From assembly GCF_006345805.1 (NCBI RefSeq), contig NC_043003.1, forward strand, positions 72,168,001 through 72,232,000: a DNA stretch of 64,000 bases, in the 5' to 3' direction. A program made the position numbers and the translations under genes. Below, one piece after another: positions 12,204 through 26,908 of this stretch (its first letter is position 1; each line of letters starts with the position of its first letter). Below the pieces are notes generated by a model that searched no databases, was not told the origin of the DNA, and saw only the letters and a list, made by a program, of their open reading frames with translations. Origin of the DNA: Octopus sinensis (Eukaryota).

Positions 12204-13015
12204 GAAAGAGAGAGAGAGAGAGATAAATATATAGATATACATAAATACATATATGTAAATGACAAAGGGACAAGAAATTATGTAATGAACTTCTAAATTA
12301 TTGCTGATTCTGCCATAATATGCAATGCACTCATTTAAGTGCTTACGTATCACTTTATAGCATCGTCGGAGCTTCAATAATTTCTTATTACTCTCTGCAC
12401 TCGACTAACACTTTTTACTGCAACATGTATATTGAGTACTAATAACAGATTATAATTATTGCTGTCTAAGCGAAATATTAATGTGTGTGTGTGTGTGTGT
12501 AAAATAGTTTCGGCTGGTATTTCTTGTGGATGAACTAACTGCATTTAGAGACTCCCCCCTCTCTCTCTCTAGTTGAAAGGGTTGTTTCTACTGTGGTTGT
12601 TATTTTTTTTTTTTTTTGATAATGAGCGAGTTGTTGCGAAATCGAAACTTTTTACCATTGTAAATCAAGAAAAGGAAGGGGATGGAGAAGAAAAAGGTAA
12701 AAAAAAAAGCAGAAAGAAAGAAAGAAAATAAGAAGAGAAAAAGCAAGAGTTAAGGTTAGACTATTTTATGAAAGCGAGGGAAAATAGTTGACCGTGTTAG
12801 GTGTACTACTACTGCTAGAACGCTTTGACATAAAACTGAACAAGTCAAATGACATTAAGAAAATAACTTTGTTCCCTGTCATACACACACGCACATACAT
12901 TCATGTGTGTGAGTGTGTGTGTGTGTGTAGATATTCCCTCTCTCTCTCTCTTTCCCTTGTCTCATTCTCTCTCTCTCTCTCACTCTATGAGAATACACAC
13001 ACACACATCATACAT

Positions 13016-13051
<36 letters not shown>

Positions 13052-13076
13052 ACACACACATGCATATATATACATG

Positions 13077-13131
<55 letters not shown>

Positions 13132-13133
<2 letters not shown>

Positions 13134-13334
13134 TCTGTTACTTGTTTCAGTCATTTGACTACGGCCATGCTGGAGTACCGCCTTTACTCGAGAAAATCTA
13201 CCTCAGGATTTATTCTTTGTAAGCCTAGTCCTTATTCTATCGGTCTCTTTTGCTGAAACGCTAAGTTACGGGGACGCAAACACACCACCATCGGTTGTCA
13301 AGCATCACACACAACAACACACATACACACACAT

Positions 13335-13403
<69 letters not shown>

Positions 13404-13567
13404 CGATGGGCTTCTTTCAGTTTCCGTCTATCAAATCCACTCACAAGGCTTTGGTCGGCCCGAGGCTATAGTAGAAGAACATGCCCAAGGTGACACGCAG
13501 TGGGACTGAATTCAGAACTATGTGGTTGGTAAGCAAGCTACTTACAACACAGCCCCTCCTGCGCCTA
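13132..13567 (-). mobile_element. Complete SINE family A copy with internal (CA)n(TA)n microsatellite
   Basis: Reverse complements of both the 5' half (5906-6069) and 3' half (8111-8385), joined by a microsatellite. Confidence 0.9.
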
Positions 13568-13601
13568 TAGCTGCTTACCTCACAGCCCCCCACCCCCCCT
13601 A

Positions 13602-13678
<77 letters not shown>

Positions 13679-13679
13679 T

Positions 13680-14067
13680 CTTTTATTGTTATCTTTTGCT
13701 TGCTTCATTCATTTAGAATGCGGCCGCGCTGGAGCAACGTCTTGAGGAATTTTAGTCGAATGCATCAACTACAGTACTTAAAGCCTGCTACTTATTCTAT
13801 TGATCTTATGCACACCATGTTACAGGGACGTACATATATGAGCACTAGTTGTCAATCAGTGGTGGACAAGCACGCGCGCACGCACACACATGCATACACA
13901 CAAGACGGGCTTCTTTCTGTTTCCGTCTACCAAATCCAAAGACAAGGCTTTGGTTTGCTGGAGATTATAATTGAAGACACTTGCCCAAGCTGCCACGAAA
14001 TGTGGCTGAATTCAGAACCATGTGGCTAGGAAACAAACGTCTTATCACCAATGCCCTACCTGCGTCA
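13680..14067 (-). mobile_element. Diverged SINE family A copy
   Basis: Colinear similarity to 13132-13567. Confidence 0.8.
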
Positions 14068-14214
14068 ATATATATATATTATATATATATAATATTGAAA
14101 ACCATTATATATGTGTGTTAGATTATTCTCTATCTGTGTCAAATGTGTGCTTATAATGTCTAATACATACATGCATACACACATGCATGCTACGCATATA
14201 TATATTTATATACA

Positions 14215-14398
14215 TTGCTTGACAACCAATGCTGGTGTGTTTATGTCCCCGTTACTTAGCGGTTCGGCAAAAGAGATCGATAGAATAAGTACTGGGCTTA
14301 CAAAAGAATAAGTCCCGGGGTCGAGTTGCTCGATTAGAGGCGGTGCTCCAGCATGGCCGCAGTCAAATAACTGAAACAAGTAAAAGAGTAAAAGAGTA
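14215..14398 (+). mobile_element. SINE family A 3' half
   Basis: gcttgacaacc...ggcggtgctccagcatggccgcagtc...gtaaaagagtaaaagag. Confidence 0.9.
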
Positions 14399-14819
14399 CA
14401 CATATATATATATATATTTATATACATATACATATATGTATATATATGTATACCTATATGTATATATGTATATATGCATATATATACATCTATATATGTG
14501 TATATACACACACACACACAAACGCTCACACTTATGGCTACTGTCATAATTTTGGATTATATTTTTCATTGAAAAATAGTTTTTTTTCAATTCTTTCCAT
14601 TACGTTATTATTTATGTATGATGTATTTTAAAGTCAGTGTAGATCTATCAATTACACTGTTCTTTTTGTTTGTTTTTTCGTTTCATTTCATTGTTCTAAC
14701 AATTTATTTATATTAAACTTTTCCATAGTGTCTGTTGAATCCTTTCCTTTTGAAGTTGATTTAATACCTAAAGAGAAATTCTATGACGTGTTAAAATATT
14801 TATGAAAAATTAATTTTCA

Positions 14820-15003
14820 GTTATTTAAAGAGTAGCCTCTTCACTATCAAAGAACAGATAAAAAGAAGGAAAATGTAAGGAAAATGTAAAAACGAAGCTA
14901 AAACAACAAAGTGGTGTGTCAGTATATGATAAAAATAATTCACCAAAACCATGCCACAGTGAAACTGAACAAAGCGAGAACCGTGTAAACTGAGGATCAT
15001 CTG
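14820..15003 (-). mobile_element. Possible pogo/Tigger-like DNA transposon terminus
   Basis: Minus strand TA|CAGATGATCCTCAGTTTACACGG resembles Tigger-type TIR starts; second TIR not found. Confidence 0.35.
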
Positions 15004-15048
15004 TATGTATGTATGTATGTATGTATGTATGTATGTATGTATGTATGT

Positions 15049-15872
<824 letters not shown>

Positions 15873-16335
15873 GAGAGTGAACACAAAAATAAGACAACGC
15901 CAAAAGGTTGTATTACTTTAACGCTTAACAAGTAAAGAACTTTGACGATTTCGACTCTAGTCCTTAATCGGAAGAAATAAATTAATAACAAATATCGGTT
16001 GGAAAAATAAAAATACCAATGAAAGTTGGTTGAATGAAAAAGATGGAAATGCAGTTCTATGGGAAAGTTATGAAGAGAGGAGGTGTGTGCGGTGTATATG
16101 TGTATAAGATGGCATCCCTGCATAGAGATAGATATTGGGGAGTTGTACGTGTAGATGTGTGAAAGTGTACAAGTATGGGGATGTATTGGCATTGGATAGT
16201 GGGGATGTGGGTGTATAGTTTGCAGGTGTGTTCGTATTGGGAAAGGAGGACGACGTGGCGGGAACGATTGTGACGGAAAGGGAAGGTATGAAGAATGTGG
16301 CGTTTAAGAAAAAAATACTAATACTGATGAAAAAC

Positions 16336-16412
<77 letters not shown>

Positions 16413-16787
16413 AGTCTATCACATGTCCTTATACATTGCTGCACCGGATGCGCGTCTGTTGTTCTCTTCTATTTATATCCGAATGTCGTCTCTTCGTCGT
16501 CTTGGAGACATACGACCACTCTCTTTCGATTTCTTGGACACCACTTGACAACTGTATTAGTCTATCTTGTGATTCACTATGAATATCAAATTTCATACGA
16601 AAGAAACATCGTTGTTATTGTTTACCCACTGAGTTTATACATTAACGAGGCCAGCGATTCTTTCATTCTTCTGGGTCGATAAAAGAAGTACCAGAAATAT
16701 ACTAAAGCTTAATTGAAATGATGACTGCCTTAAATATGGTGAAGCATATGTGAACCAAGTGCGTGTTTATTATCATTATTATTATTA

Positions 16788-16818
<31 letters not shown>

Positions 16819-17376
16819 GAGTGAGAGAGCAGAGCATGCCATCAAAGTGACACTGGGGTAAAATATACGAAGCCCAGTATACCCATCATGACTACCCGTC
16901 TGATAAGGGTACACTAGGTACTTGCATCACAACCATATGTGCGCGACATGGTGATCTCATATCAAGATAAACAGCACATGACCTTGCAGGTGAGACCCAG
17001 TTAAAATTTTCTCCTGGTCGAGTAGCCCACCCCGCTCAAAAGGTCCCTGAATAAGGGTTGATTAAGGATGTTGAACGAAACACACATGTTTCCAGAAGTA
17101 AATTATTCAAACTCCAAAGAATCCCTCTCAACACATGGCTATGATGCTTCCCCACTACTGCTGCTAGTGATCAGAGATGCACATATCGTCATCCACCAAG
17201 GGACATGTTCAACTGATTAAAGTCAAACAACTGACAAGCAAATCTGTGGTATTTTATACCAAGACAAAACAATGTACATGATAACACTTCCAATCAGTTA
17301 AGATCAGAAGCCATGAGAGCCACTTCCTGGTACTGCATCGGGGCATAACCACTGCCTGGTACTGCATCAGGGCATT
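16819..17376 (-). mobile_element. ~540-bp non-coding retroposon inserted in (TAA)n, copy 1
   Basis: Closely similar to 17761-18305, 25892-26248 and 59283-59817; flanked by (ATT)n on both sides. Confidence 0.9.
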
Positions 17377-17401
17377 TATTATTATTATTATTATTATCAT
17401 C

Positions 17402-17672
<271 letters not shown>

Positions 17673-17676
17673 TTAC

Positions 17677-17754
<78 letters not shown>

Positions 17755-17760
17755 CATTAT

Positions 17761-18305
17761 TGAGTGAGTACAGTGCATACCATCAAAGTGACACTGGGGT
17801 AAAATATACGAAACCCAGTGTACCCATCATAACTACTTGTCTGATAAGGGTATATCAGCACATGTATCACAACCATATGTGCGCAACATGGTGATCTCCT
17901 ATCAAGATACACAGCACATGACCTTTCAGGTGGGGCCCAGTTAGAATTTTCTTCTAGTCGAGTAGCTCATCCCGCTCAAAAGGTCCCTGAATAAGGGTTG
18001 TTTAAAGAAAAACCCATGTTTCCGAAGGTAAACTATCCAAACCCCAACGAATTCCTGAAACACATGGCTATGATGCTCCCTCACTACTTCTGCTCGTTAT
18101 CAGAGATGCACATATCGTCATCCACTAAGGGACATGTTCAAGTGGTTAAGGTAAAACAACTGACAAGCAAATCTGTGGTGTTTAGCAGAATATTTGCTGT
18201 AGCCCATCTTTTATATCAAGATAAAACAATGTACATGATGACACTTTCAATCGTTAAAGATCAGAAGCCATGAGAGAGCCCCTACCTGGTACTGTATCAG
18301 GGCAT
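17761..18305 (-). mobile_element. ~540-bp (TAA)n-targeted retroposon, copy 2
   Basis: Same termini as copy 1 (tgagtgag... and ...cagggcattt on the + strand). Confidence 0.9.
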
Positions 18306-18320
18306 TTATTATTATTATTA

Positions 18321-18372
<52 letters not shown>

Positions 18373-18696
18373 TATTACTATTATTATTCATGTTGGTGTT
18401 GTGCCTAGGGTATCATATATTTGGTTTTGTACACAGTATTGTTCTCTTCTTCTTCTTCTTCTTCTTCTTCTTCTTCTTCTTCTTCTTCTTCTTCGTCTTC
18501 TTCTTCTTCTTCTTCTTCTTCGTCTTCTTCTTCTTCTACTCCTTCTACTTCTTCTTCTTCTACTTCTTCTTCTTCTTCTTCTTCTTCTACTTCTTCTACT
18601 TCTTCTACTTCTTCTTCTTCTTCTTCTTCTTTTCTCCTCCTCATTCTCCTTTTGTTGTTGTTGCTGTTGTTGTTGTTATTATTATTATTATTATTA

Positions 18697-18747
<51 letters not shown>

Positions 18748-18751
18748 TATT

Positions 18752-18818
<67 letters not shown>
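18306..18818. repeat. Compound (ATT)n/(CTT)n/(GTT)n/(AAT)n microsatellite
   Basis: Direct reading. Confidence 0.95.
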
Positions 18819-18862
18819 GTGCCTTTCGCTGCTCTGATAAGTCAGCAGCTGAAGACACAGGA

Positions 18863-19730
18863 ATTCTACTACAACTGAAAAACAACTTTTAAAAACTGGG
18901 ATATCTAAAAATTTTCCGTGAGTACCTAAAATCTCATTCTAATTAGCTTTAAAAACTTGATTATCTACAATTATCTCTGGACGAACACACAAACAATCAT
19001 CTTTAAAAACTCTAATATCTCCAAACTCTTCTTTTCTCTCTGACTAGCCAAATATGTAAACATCCCTTTTTTTCTTTGCAAGAACACTCTTAGACGCCTC
19101 CGGTTATCCAACTTAAGCAATTTATATATATAGAAATTATATATATATACACAGACATTCTATTACAACTAAAAAACAATTTTTTGAAAACTGAAGTATC
19201 TATAATCCTCTGTGAGTATTTAAAATCTCATTCTAAATAACTTTAAAAACTTGACTATCTATAGTATTCTCTGGACGGACACACAAACGATCATCTTTAA
19301 AAACATTAATATCTACAATATTATGTGAAAAGTAAAACTTTCCGTGAACACACAAATGATCATCTTTCAGAACTTTAATATCTACACTGTACTGTGAATA
19401 GCCAAATATGTAAAAAATTTCTCTGCAAGAACACTCTTAAACGCCTCTGGCTATCTTTACTTAAACAATTTACAGGCTTAAAATCTTGATTATATTAAGT
19501 TTTCTCTGGACGAACACACAAATGATCATCTTTAAAAACTTTAATATCTACAATCTTATGGAAAAAAATTTAAAATTGCTAAACACACACAAACGATCAT
19601 CTTTAATATATACATTGTACTGTGAATAGCCAAATATGAAAAAACCCCAGAAATTCCTACAAAAACACTCTTAAACGTCGCCGGATAACTAATTTAAGCA
19701 ATTTATATATATATAGAAATTATACATATG
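18863..19730. repeat. Degenerate satellite-like tandem array (~300-bp units with sub-repeats)
   Basis: Recurrent tctctggacgaacacacaaa.gatcatctttaaaaac and tagccaaatatg..aacactcttaaacg blocks, about 3 units. Confidence 0.8.
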
Positions 19731-20034
19731 TGAGTGTGAGTGTGTGTATTTTATTTCTGTCTTTCTATCGGTAATTAAAACGCACAAGGTGAGTTGGTAG
19801 TAAACACATATTTGACCTCTGCTGACCACTCCTTTGCTGGACCACATGGGTACAATCACTCTTTCACCCCTCGCCTACTCCTATTGAGTCTATTTATAGA
19901 CTAACGATATCTAACTGTATGACTGCCATCATGTCTATCTACTGCCAACCTGCCCTCTCCTTCCTCTAAATAATAATAATAATACACTGTTGCCTTCTCC
20001 TTCCTCTAAATAATAATAACAATACACTGTTGCC

Positions 20035-23000
20035 ATGACTACAAGGAGTGACCACAAGCCGGCTACGGCTGCTATAATGGTACGATTATAATTGTAACGG
20101 CAATGATGGCCGTCTCCCCGCGAGCCACTCAGAGCTCAAAAATGATAACATTATCGTAGCACCAAAATGTTTTTGGAAACTAAAAGGAAAACTAAATCAG
20201 TATACCAAATCGCTTGTCCTATGATTAATCTGGAAGCGCGTCCCCCAGGGAAGAGCCAGCCTGGGATCGAAAAGTCATCAACTGGCACAAATTCTTCTCC
20301 GAATACGGACATGGATGGTCACTTGAACGGGAAATTCCCCAACTCGAGCCCTCAAAGTTCACCACCACAACCACCACGGAAAGAAAAATGTAAGCGGAAC
20401 AAATGGACCCGAGAAGAGTATAAAGAAGAAATATACGCTTATTACTATGCATTATGTAGGCCATCTCAAGAGAGAGACACCGCAAACTCTTACAGTATAT
20501 GGAGAACACGGAATCAAGACAGTAGACCCTATTTGGACGAGAACAAATTGGCAAATGTGAGGAGGGATATCCTTAGAAATAACAGACTCACAGACAGTGA
20601 AATAAGCGCGATCAGGTACGCAACGGAAAATGACATAAGTATGAGACACAAAGGAAAGGAAGAATCAGATGAACAGTATAGACCGCCACGAGGCTTAATT
20701 GAAAGACTGCCATCTGACTAAAGCACGCAAAGGCCTGAAGATACAAGAAATTCTATTGAACCTGTTAAAGATAGTCAGGAAAATGATAAAACAACAGTAA
20801 CTGAAGATCTCGCATTTGCTGAAGAACACAGAGAGTCTATGGCAGAAATGAGGCAGAGAATCCTGAATACGCTTGAAGTTGTAAGACATACAAGTATGAA
20901 TGATAGAGAACCACTTCATAAACTCTCAAATACAAACCAAAATAAAAAACAAATCAAAATTGGCAACTGTGTAACATATGAAATAATACAAGAATTAAAA
21001 CCTGATTTTACTGAGTTAAATGAAATTATTTACGCATCTGCTAGGGCAATTGAAACCAGCTGTATGCCCCCGAAAAAACAAAGAAAACCAAACCTGGGAA
21101 GAAATCAAACCTGGAGAAGTAAAATTGAAAAAGAGATTCAATTTATGAGAGGGGAAATATCAATATTAAATGAACTAATATGTGGAAATGATCCAGAACA
21201 GCAAGAAAGATGAAGAGAAATTTGGATCCTCACCAAGAGAAGAACTGATATCAATAAAAGAAACGCTGAAACAAAAAGTCCAAGCAAAAGCTCAAAGAAT
21301 ACGAAGATTTGAGAAGAGAAACAAGTTTTACAAGCAAAATAAGCTGTTCACATCCAATGCCAAAAAATTCTACAGAGAAATAGGGAAGGAAAAAGTAACC
21401 GTTAAATACACCCCCCCTCCCATGGAAGAAGTTCAAAACTTTTGGAAAAGGATTTGGAGTGACGAGAAGACGTACAACATAAATGCAGACTGGATTATAC
21501 AAACAGAAGGATCCTCCCAAAATTTACAACAAGCATGGGAAGACATAACAATAGCAGACCTAAGAAAGGCACTCACGAAGGCCCATAATTGGAAATCCCC
21601 CGGTAAAGATGGGGTGCCGAATTTCTGGCTCTCATCGCTCCCATGCGCACACGGTAAGCTAGTTCAGCTGCTCAATGGAATTATGAGAGACCCAAAGAAA
21701 ACACCTGAATGGTTAGCAAGTGGTATTACTTACCTACTCCCAAAGAATAACGAAACCAAACTTCCAAAAAACTATCGGCCTATAACCTGTTTATCCACCA
21801 CGTATAAAATCCTAACATCTATTCTGGCGGAGAAAACATATGCATTCATGGAGAAAAACGATATTTTCCCCATTGAACAAAAAGGGTGCCGCCGAGGCTC
21901 ATACGGATGCAAAGATCAACTGCTAATTAATAGTATGATCCTTGAGAACTGTCACAACAAGCGCAGAAATCTCAGCTTCGCATGGATTGACTGCAAAAAG
22001 GCCTTCGACAGTATACCGCATTCATGGATCTTGAAATCGCTGGACATCTTCAAAATTTCCCCTGTGATTTCAAGCTTCCTGAAGCATAATATGTCGTGGA
22101 ATACGAATCTCCAATTATACCACTCTAATGGAGAACTTGCCTCAGAGAATATAGACATCAACTGTGGAATTTTTCAAGGTGACTCACTTTCACCTCTAAT
22201 ATTCTGCATAGCCCTAATACCCCTTACAAATGAATTAAACAGAACAGGGTATGGGTATAAAATTGTCAATAAAAAAATAAGCCATCTATTTTATATGGAT
22301 GACTTATAACTCTATGGTAAAGACGATAATGAACTTGAAGGCCTATTGCGCACTGTGAAAGCATTCAGTGATGACATCGGGATAGAGTTTGGGCTTGAGA
22401 AGTGTTCCAAGGGTACTTTCCAGAAAGGGAAAGTGAAGACCACAAATTCAGTCGTGTTAGATGTTGACACAGTCATAAGAGAGCTTGAGCAAGAACAAAC
22501 CTACAAATATTTAGGGATAAATGAAGGCTCTGGTATTCAGCATGCAAGCATCAAAGAGAAGATTAGGAAGGAATGTTATAGGAGAGTTCGAGCAGTCATG
22601 AAATCTGAACTAAATGCACGTAACAAGGTGTTAGCTATAAATTCCTTAGCAGTTCCAGTTGTTACTTATAGCTACAATGTGTTGAACTGGAATATGAGTG
22701 AAGTAAACAAAATAGATAGGAACATACGCAAGTTGCTGAGTTGTAATAGGATGCACCACCCAAAGGCAGATGTAGATCGCCTTTACCTTCCCAGAGCCCA
22801 AGGAGGTCGAGGCCTGATCCAATTTGAACAAGCTTACAAAACAACCAGAATTGGACTGGCCAAATATCTCGAAATATCGAATGACTGGATGCTAAAGCTC
22901 GTGGAAAATAACGAGAGACGAAAGAAGCTTCATTCTATCATAAAGGAAAGCAAAAAATTTGCTATTGATCTCGTGCAGGATACCCAAACTGAACAACCCG

Positions 23001-24035
23001 AGGGAAGTAGGCAACTATTGTTGCAAAGAAGGTGAAAATAATGGTAACGAAAAAAGCGCACGAGCAATTGGCTGATAGGTGGGAGGAGAAACCTCTGCAC
23101 GGCAAATATGTGGCCCGTAGCAAACAAGCTGATGTTGACCAGAAGCAAACCCATCAGTGGCTACGGAGCTCAGGGCTAAAAGCAGAGAGCGAAGGTTTCA
23201 TCCTGGCTGCTCAAGATCAAAGCCTATTAACCCGGAACTACCAGGCCAATGTGATGAAAAATGGAGCAGACCCAAAATGCCGATTCTGCAACGACATGAT
23301 TGAAACAGTGGACCACCTAATCTCTGGATGTAAAGTCTTAGCACCAGTGGAGTATAAATTAAGACATGACAGAGTTGGCCAATATCTACACTGGCTAATA
23401 AGTCAGCATTACAATACCAAAACTGCCGACAATTGGTATAATCACCACCCTGAAGCTGTAACTGAAGGAGAAAATGTAACGATTCTGTGGGACTTTCCAG
23501 TACATACAGACCAAACCATCAAAGCCAATAAACCGGATATTGTTGTGAAAGACCAAAACAATAAAGCTTGCTTATTGATCGATATGAGCATCCCCTGTGA
23601 CCATAATATCTCGGCGAAAGAATTTGACAAGCTCAGAAAATATAAAGACCTGCTCATTGAAATTGAGAAAATGTGGCATCTCAAGGCGGTTACAATACCA
23701 GTGATCGTAGGAGCACTAGGAATGATCAAGAAGGGAACCGAAAATTATATGAGAATGATCTCTGGCTTACCATCCCTGCAAGAAGTGCAAAAGATTGTCT
23801 TAACCGGTACATCACACGTATTGAGAAGAGCATTATCGATGTGAGAACTATTACTACCCATGTATTTTAATTTAACTTTATTTCTATAAAAAAAAAAATG
23901 AACGAACTAGTGAGTTTAGTCTAATGGCCTGCCAATGTATACTATGAGTTTCTTTGCCCTAGGAGTCGGGAAGACACTCGGCAAGAAATGGAAGCAAATT
24001 TGAAAGAAGCAGAAAAACTCATAACTAATAATAAT
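20035..24035 (+). mobile_element. Near full-length R4/Dong-clade non-LTR retrotransposon (RT + CCHC finger + restriction-like endonuclease)
   Basis: N-terminal R.KWT.EE motif; RT motifs KSPGKDG, NYRPITCL, EQKG, KKAFDS, GIFQGDSLSPL, YMDDL; CRFC..ETVDHLISGC, RHD, KPDIVV, LIDMSIP; (AAT)n at both ends. Confidence 0.95.
20167..23844 (+). pseudogene. Disabled Dong ORF
   Basis: In-frame stops at 20719-20721 and 22307-22309 (directly after YMDDL); frameshifts near 21200 and 23020 link the five ORF-track pieces. Confidence 0.9.
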
Positions 24036-24426
24036 AATATCATCAAGGAAGTGATCTTGCAGAATCGTTCACAAGCTAGACAAAATATGTAGCGGCATTT
24101 CATCCGGATTTGCGTTCCGGATTCAGTTGCCACGAAGTGAAGTAGTTGTCTTTTATTGGTAAAATAGGTACCATTCAAGTACTAGGTCGATGTAATTGTC
24201 GACTCTCTTCTCGCATACATCTGGCCTTGTGCTTATCTTATTACTTTTAACTTAGTGAAGTCTACAGACATGCAGGAAACCCGCCTTGAAAGGTTTTAGT
24301 CGAGCAAATTTGCCCTAGTAGTTATTCTATGATCTTTATTGCTCTGAACCGTTATAATATGAGGACGTAAACAAACCAAAACCGGTTCTTAAATACAGTC
24401 GCATGGAAACACATACATACACACAC

Positions 24427-24463
<37 letters not shown>

Positions 24464-24605
24464 CATATATGTATGCATGTATGTATACATATATATATAT
24501 ATGTATGTATGTATGTATATATATATACATACATACATATATACATACATACATACATACATACATACATACATACATACATACATACATACATACATAC
24601 ATACA

Positions 24606-24659
<54 letters not shown>

Positions 24660-24749
24660 AGTAAGGAAAAATTTTTTTTAAAATGCAGAATGCTCAAATG
24701 AAAGAAAATTTTAATAAAATGAGAAAATGATAAAATATATAAATATATA

Positions 24750-25891
24750 TTTATTCAACCAGTTTTCGTCATTGTATGACTTGTCAAGAATATTTATGTT
24801 TTAAGAAGTTATTTTAAAAATTAGAAAGGGGAAAAAAAGAAAATTGCATTGTTTTTTGTAAAAGAATAATGATAAAAATGTACAAAAATTAAAAAATAAG
24901 TTCTCCGATACATTGTGAGTTCGTTGTGTATCTTGAGTTTTATGGTTGTTTACCAAAAAATTACCTTGAGGTGTTAAGATCCAAAGGGATTAAGAGCATG
25001 TGATGTGTTGTGTTGTTAAATTCAGCATGTTGCAGGACAGGAAGTAGTAGTAATTGTGGTCCTGGTTCTTCAGTTCCTGTGTTGTGAGTAAGGGGAGACA
25101 ACTCTTTTGAGTTCTTCAATAAAACCCAAATTATAAAACTATCATTTTAGCTTCATTTGCATTATCTTTTTTATATAATTGCTTGTTAACTTAACTTTCA
25201 GATTTTAACACTTTATTTATATTATTTTCTAATAATATAAATCTGCATAGACAATTGCATTTCAAATTGTCATATCATTTATAATAAAAATGATAGTAAT
25301 AACAACAATAGTAAAAATGATATTTAAAGAATATAAGTTTTAGCTTGAAGTGATGAATGCATGGTATCTTTATATATTTGTGTTAGTCCATCCATGAAGA
25401 GTGAGGTAGAGAAAGGAAGTTTGATCAACGAGGAGTTTGCATATTAAGTTGTGTTTGGAATTTTTCAATAAAGAGATTCTCCTTGTTAATTCTCTCCTGT
25501 GTGGTGATCCCGTCTTTACATTGGTAGAAGGGGAATATATAGAATTTGGGGTTTAAGTCTTTAGCACATGAGTCTAAGTGGTCACTCAGTGGAATTTGTC
25601 GGTATTCCGGGAGATTTATTTGTTCTTTATGCACCGTTACTCGTTTACGTAACGGGAGACTCGTTTGTCCAACATAATTATGTTGGCAACCAGCGCATGT
25701 GAGAACGTAGATAAGGTAAAAAAATGTGCACGCTCAAACTGTGGTACCTGCCCCTTTCTACTTGAAGGCTCTGAATTTACCTTCAAACAAGGTACGAAGT
25801 TTAAAATCAAGACTAACTTCTCCTGTTCCTCCGAGAACCTTATCTACGTTCTCACATGCGCTGGTTGCCAACATAATTATGTTGGACAAAC
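24750..25891 (-). mobile_element. Penelope-like (Neptune-type) 3' fragment with inverted 5' part
   Basis: Plus strand KKCARSNCGTCP..NLIYVLTCAGCQHNYVGQT (Cys linker + GIY-YIG); minus strand endonuclease C-terminus PLSDH..KENLFIEKFQTQLN; decayed hammerhead at 24752-24792. Confidence 0.9.
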
Positions 25892-26246
25892 TAGGCACAT
25901 GTATCACAACCATATGTGCGCGACATGGTGATCTCATATCAAGATAAACAGCACATGACCTTGCAGGTGAGACCCAGTTAGAATTTTCTTCCGGTCGAGT
26001 AGCCCATCCCGCTCAAAAGATCTCTGAATAAGGGTTGATTAAGGATGTTGAACGAAACACCTATGTTTCCAGAGGTGAATTATCCAAACCTCAAAGAATC
26101 CCTCTCAACACATGGCTATGATGCTCTCCCACTACTTCTGCTCGTGATCAGAGATGCACATATTGTCAGCCACTAAGGGGCATGCTCAACTGGTTAAGGT
26201 AAAACAACGGACAAGCAAATCTGTGGTATTGAGCAGAATATTTGCT

Positions 26247-26248
<2 letters not shown>
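25892..26248 (-). mobile_element. Truncated ~540-bp retroposon, copy 3
   Basis: Matches the internal part of copies 1, 2 and 4; fused directly to the PLE fragment. Confidence 0.9.
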
Positions 26249-26310
<62 letters not shown>

Positions 26311-26317
26311 CATCATC

Positions 26318-26398
<81 letters not shown>

Positions 26399-26840
26399 GT
26401 TCGGTGTCCATAAAATGAGTGCCAGTTGAGCAATGGGTTGAAGTAATTTTACTTTACTCTGGCCTAAAAATTTGCTGACCTTTTGCTGAAATTTTAAACG
26501 GTTATCATTATTAGTACAAGGGCGGGAAATGACTGATATTTTAGAACGCCAGATAAATTGCAATATGGTCATTAATTACCTCTTTTAATATTCAATTCAA
26601 TTTCTGCCAGATTTGAGTTTACCAGTCGTACACTAGATTAGTCAAATTCTACAAAGCCCCTGCCCCTCGTTCTCTCTTTCCCTTTTACTTCTTTCGTTTC
26701 TGAACATTGCTTTTATGTTATTTATTCTACTAGTAACTGTACAAATCTTATATTTTGGTAAGTGCATTAATTTGTGATTTACCTTTCACTTCCGAATCAC
26801 TTATCGAAACCTAGTTTTGTGTCTTTGATTAGAGACATAA

Positions 26841-26908
<68 letters not shown>

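Noticed and set aside
20167-23844. Active retrotransposon or programmed readthrough
   Set aside because: Two stops and two frameshifts; A-to-I editing could not repair the frameshifts
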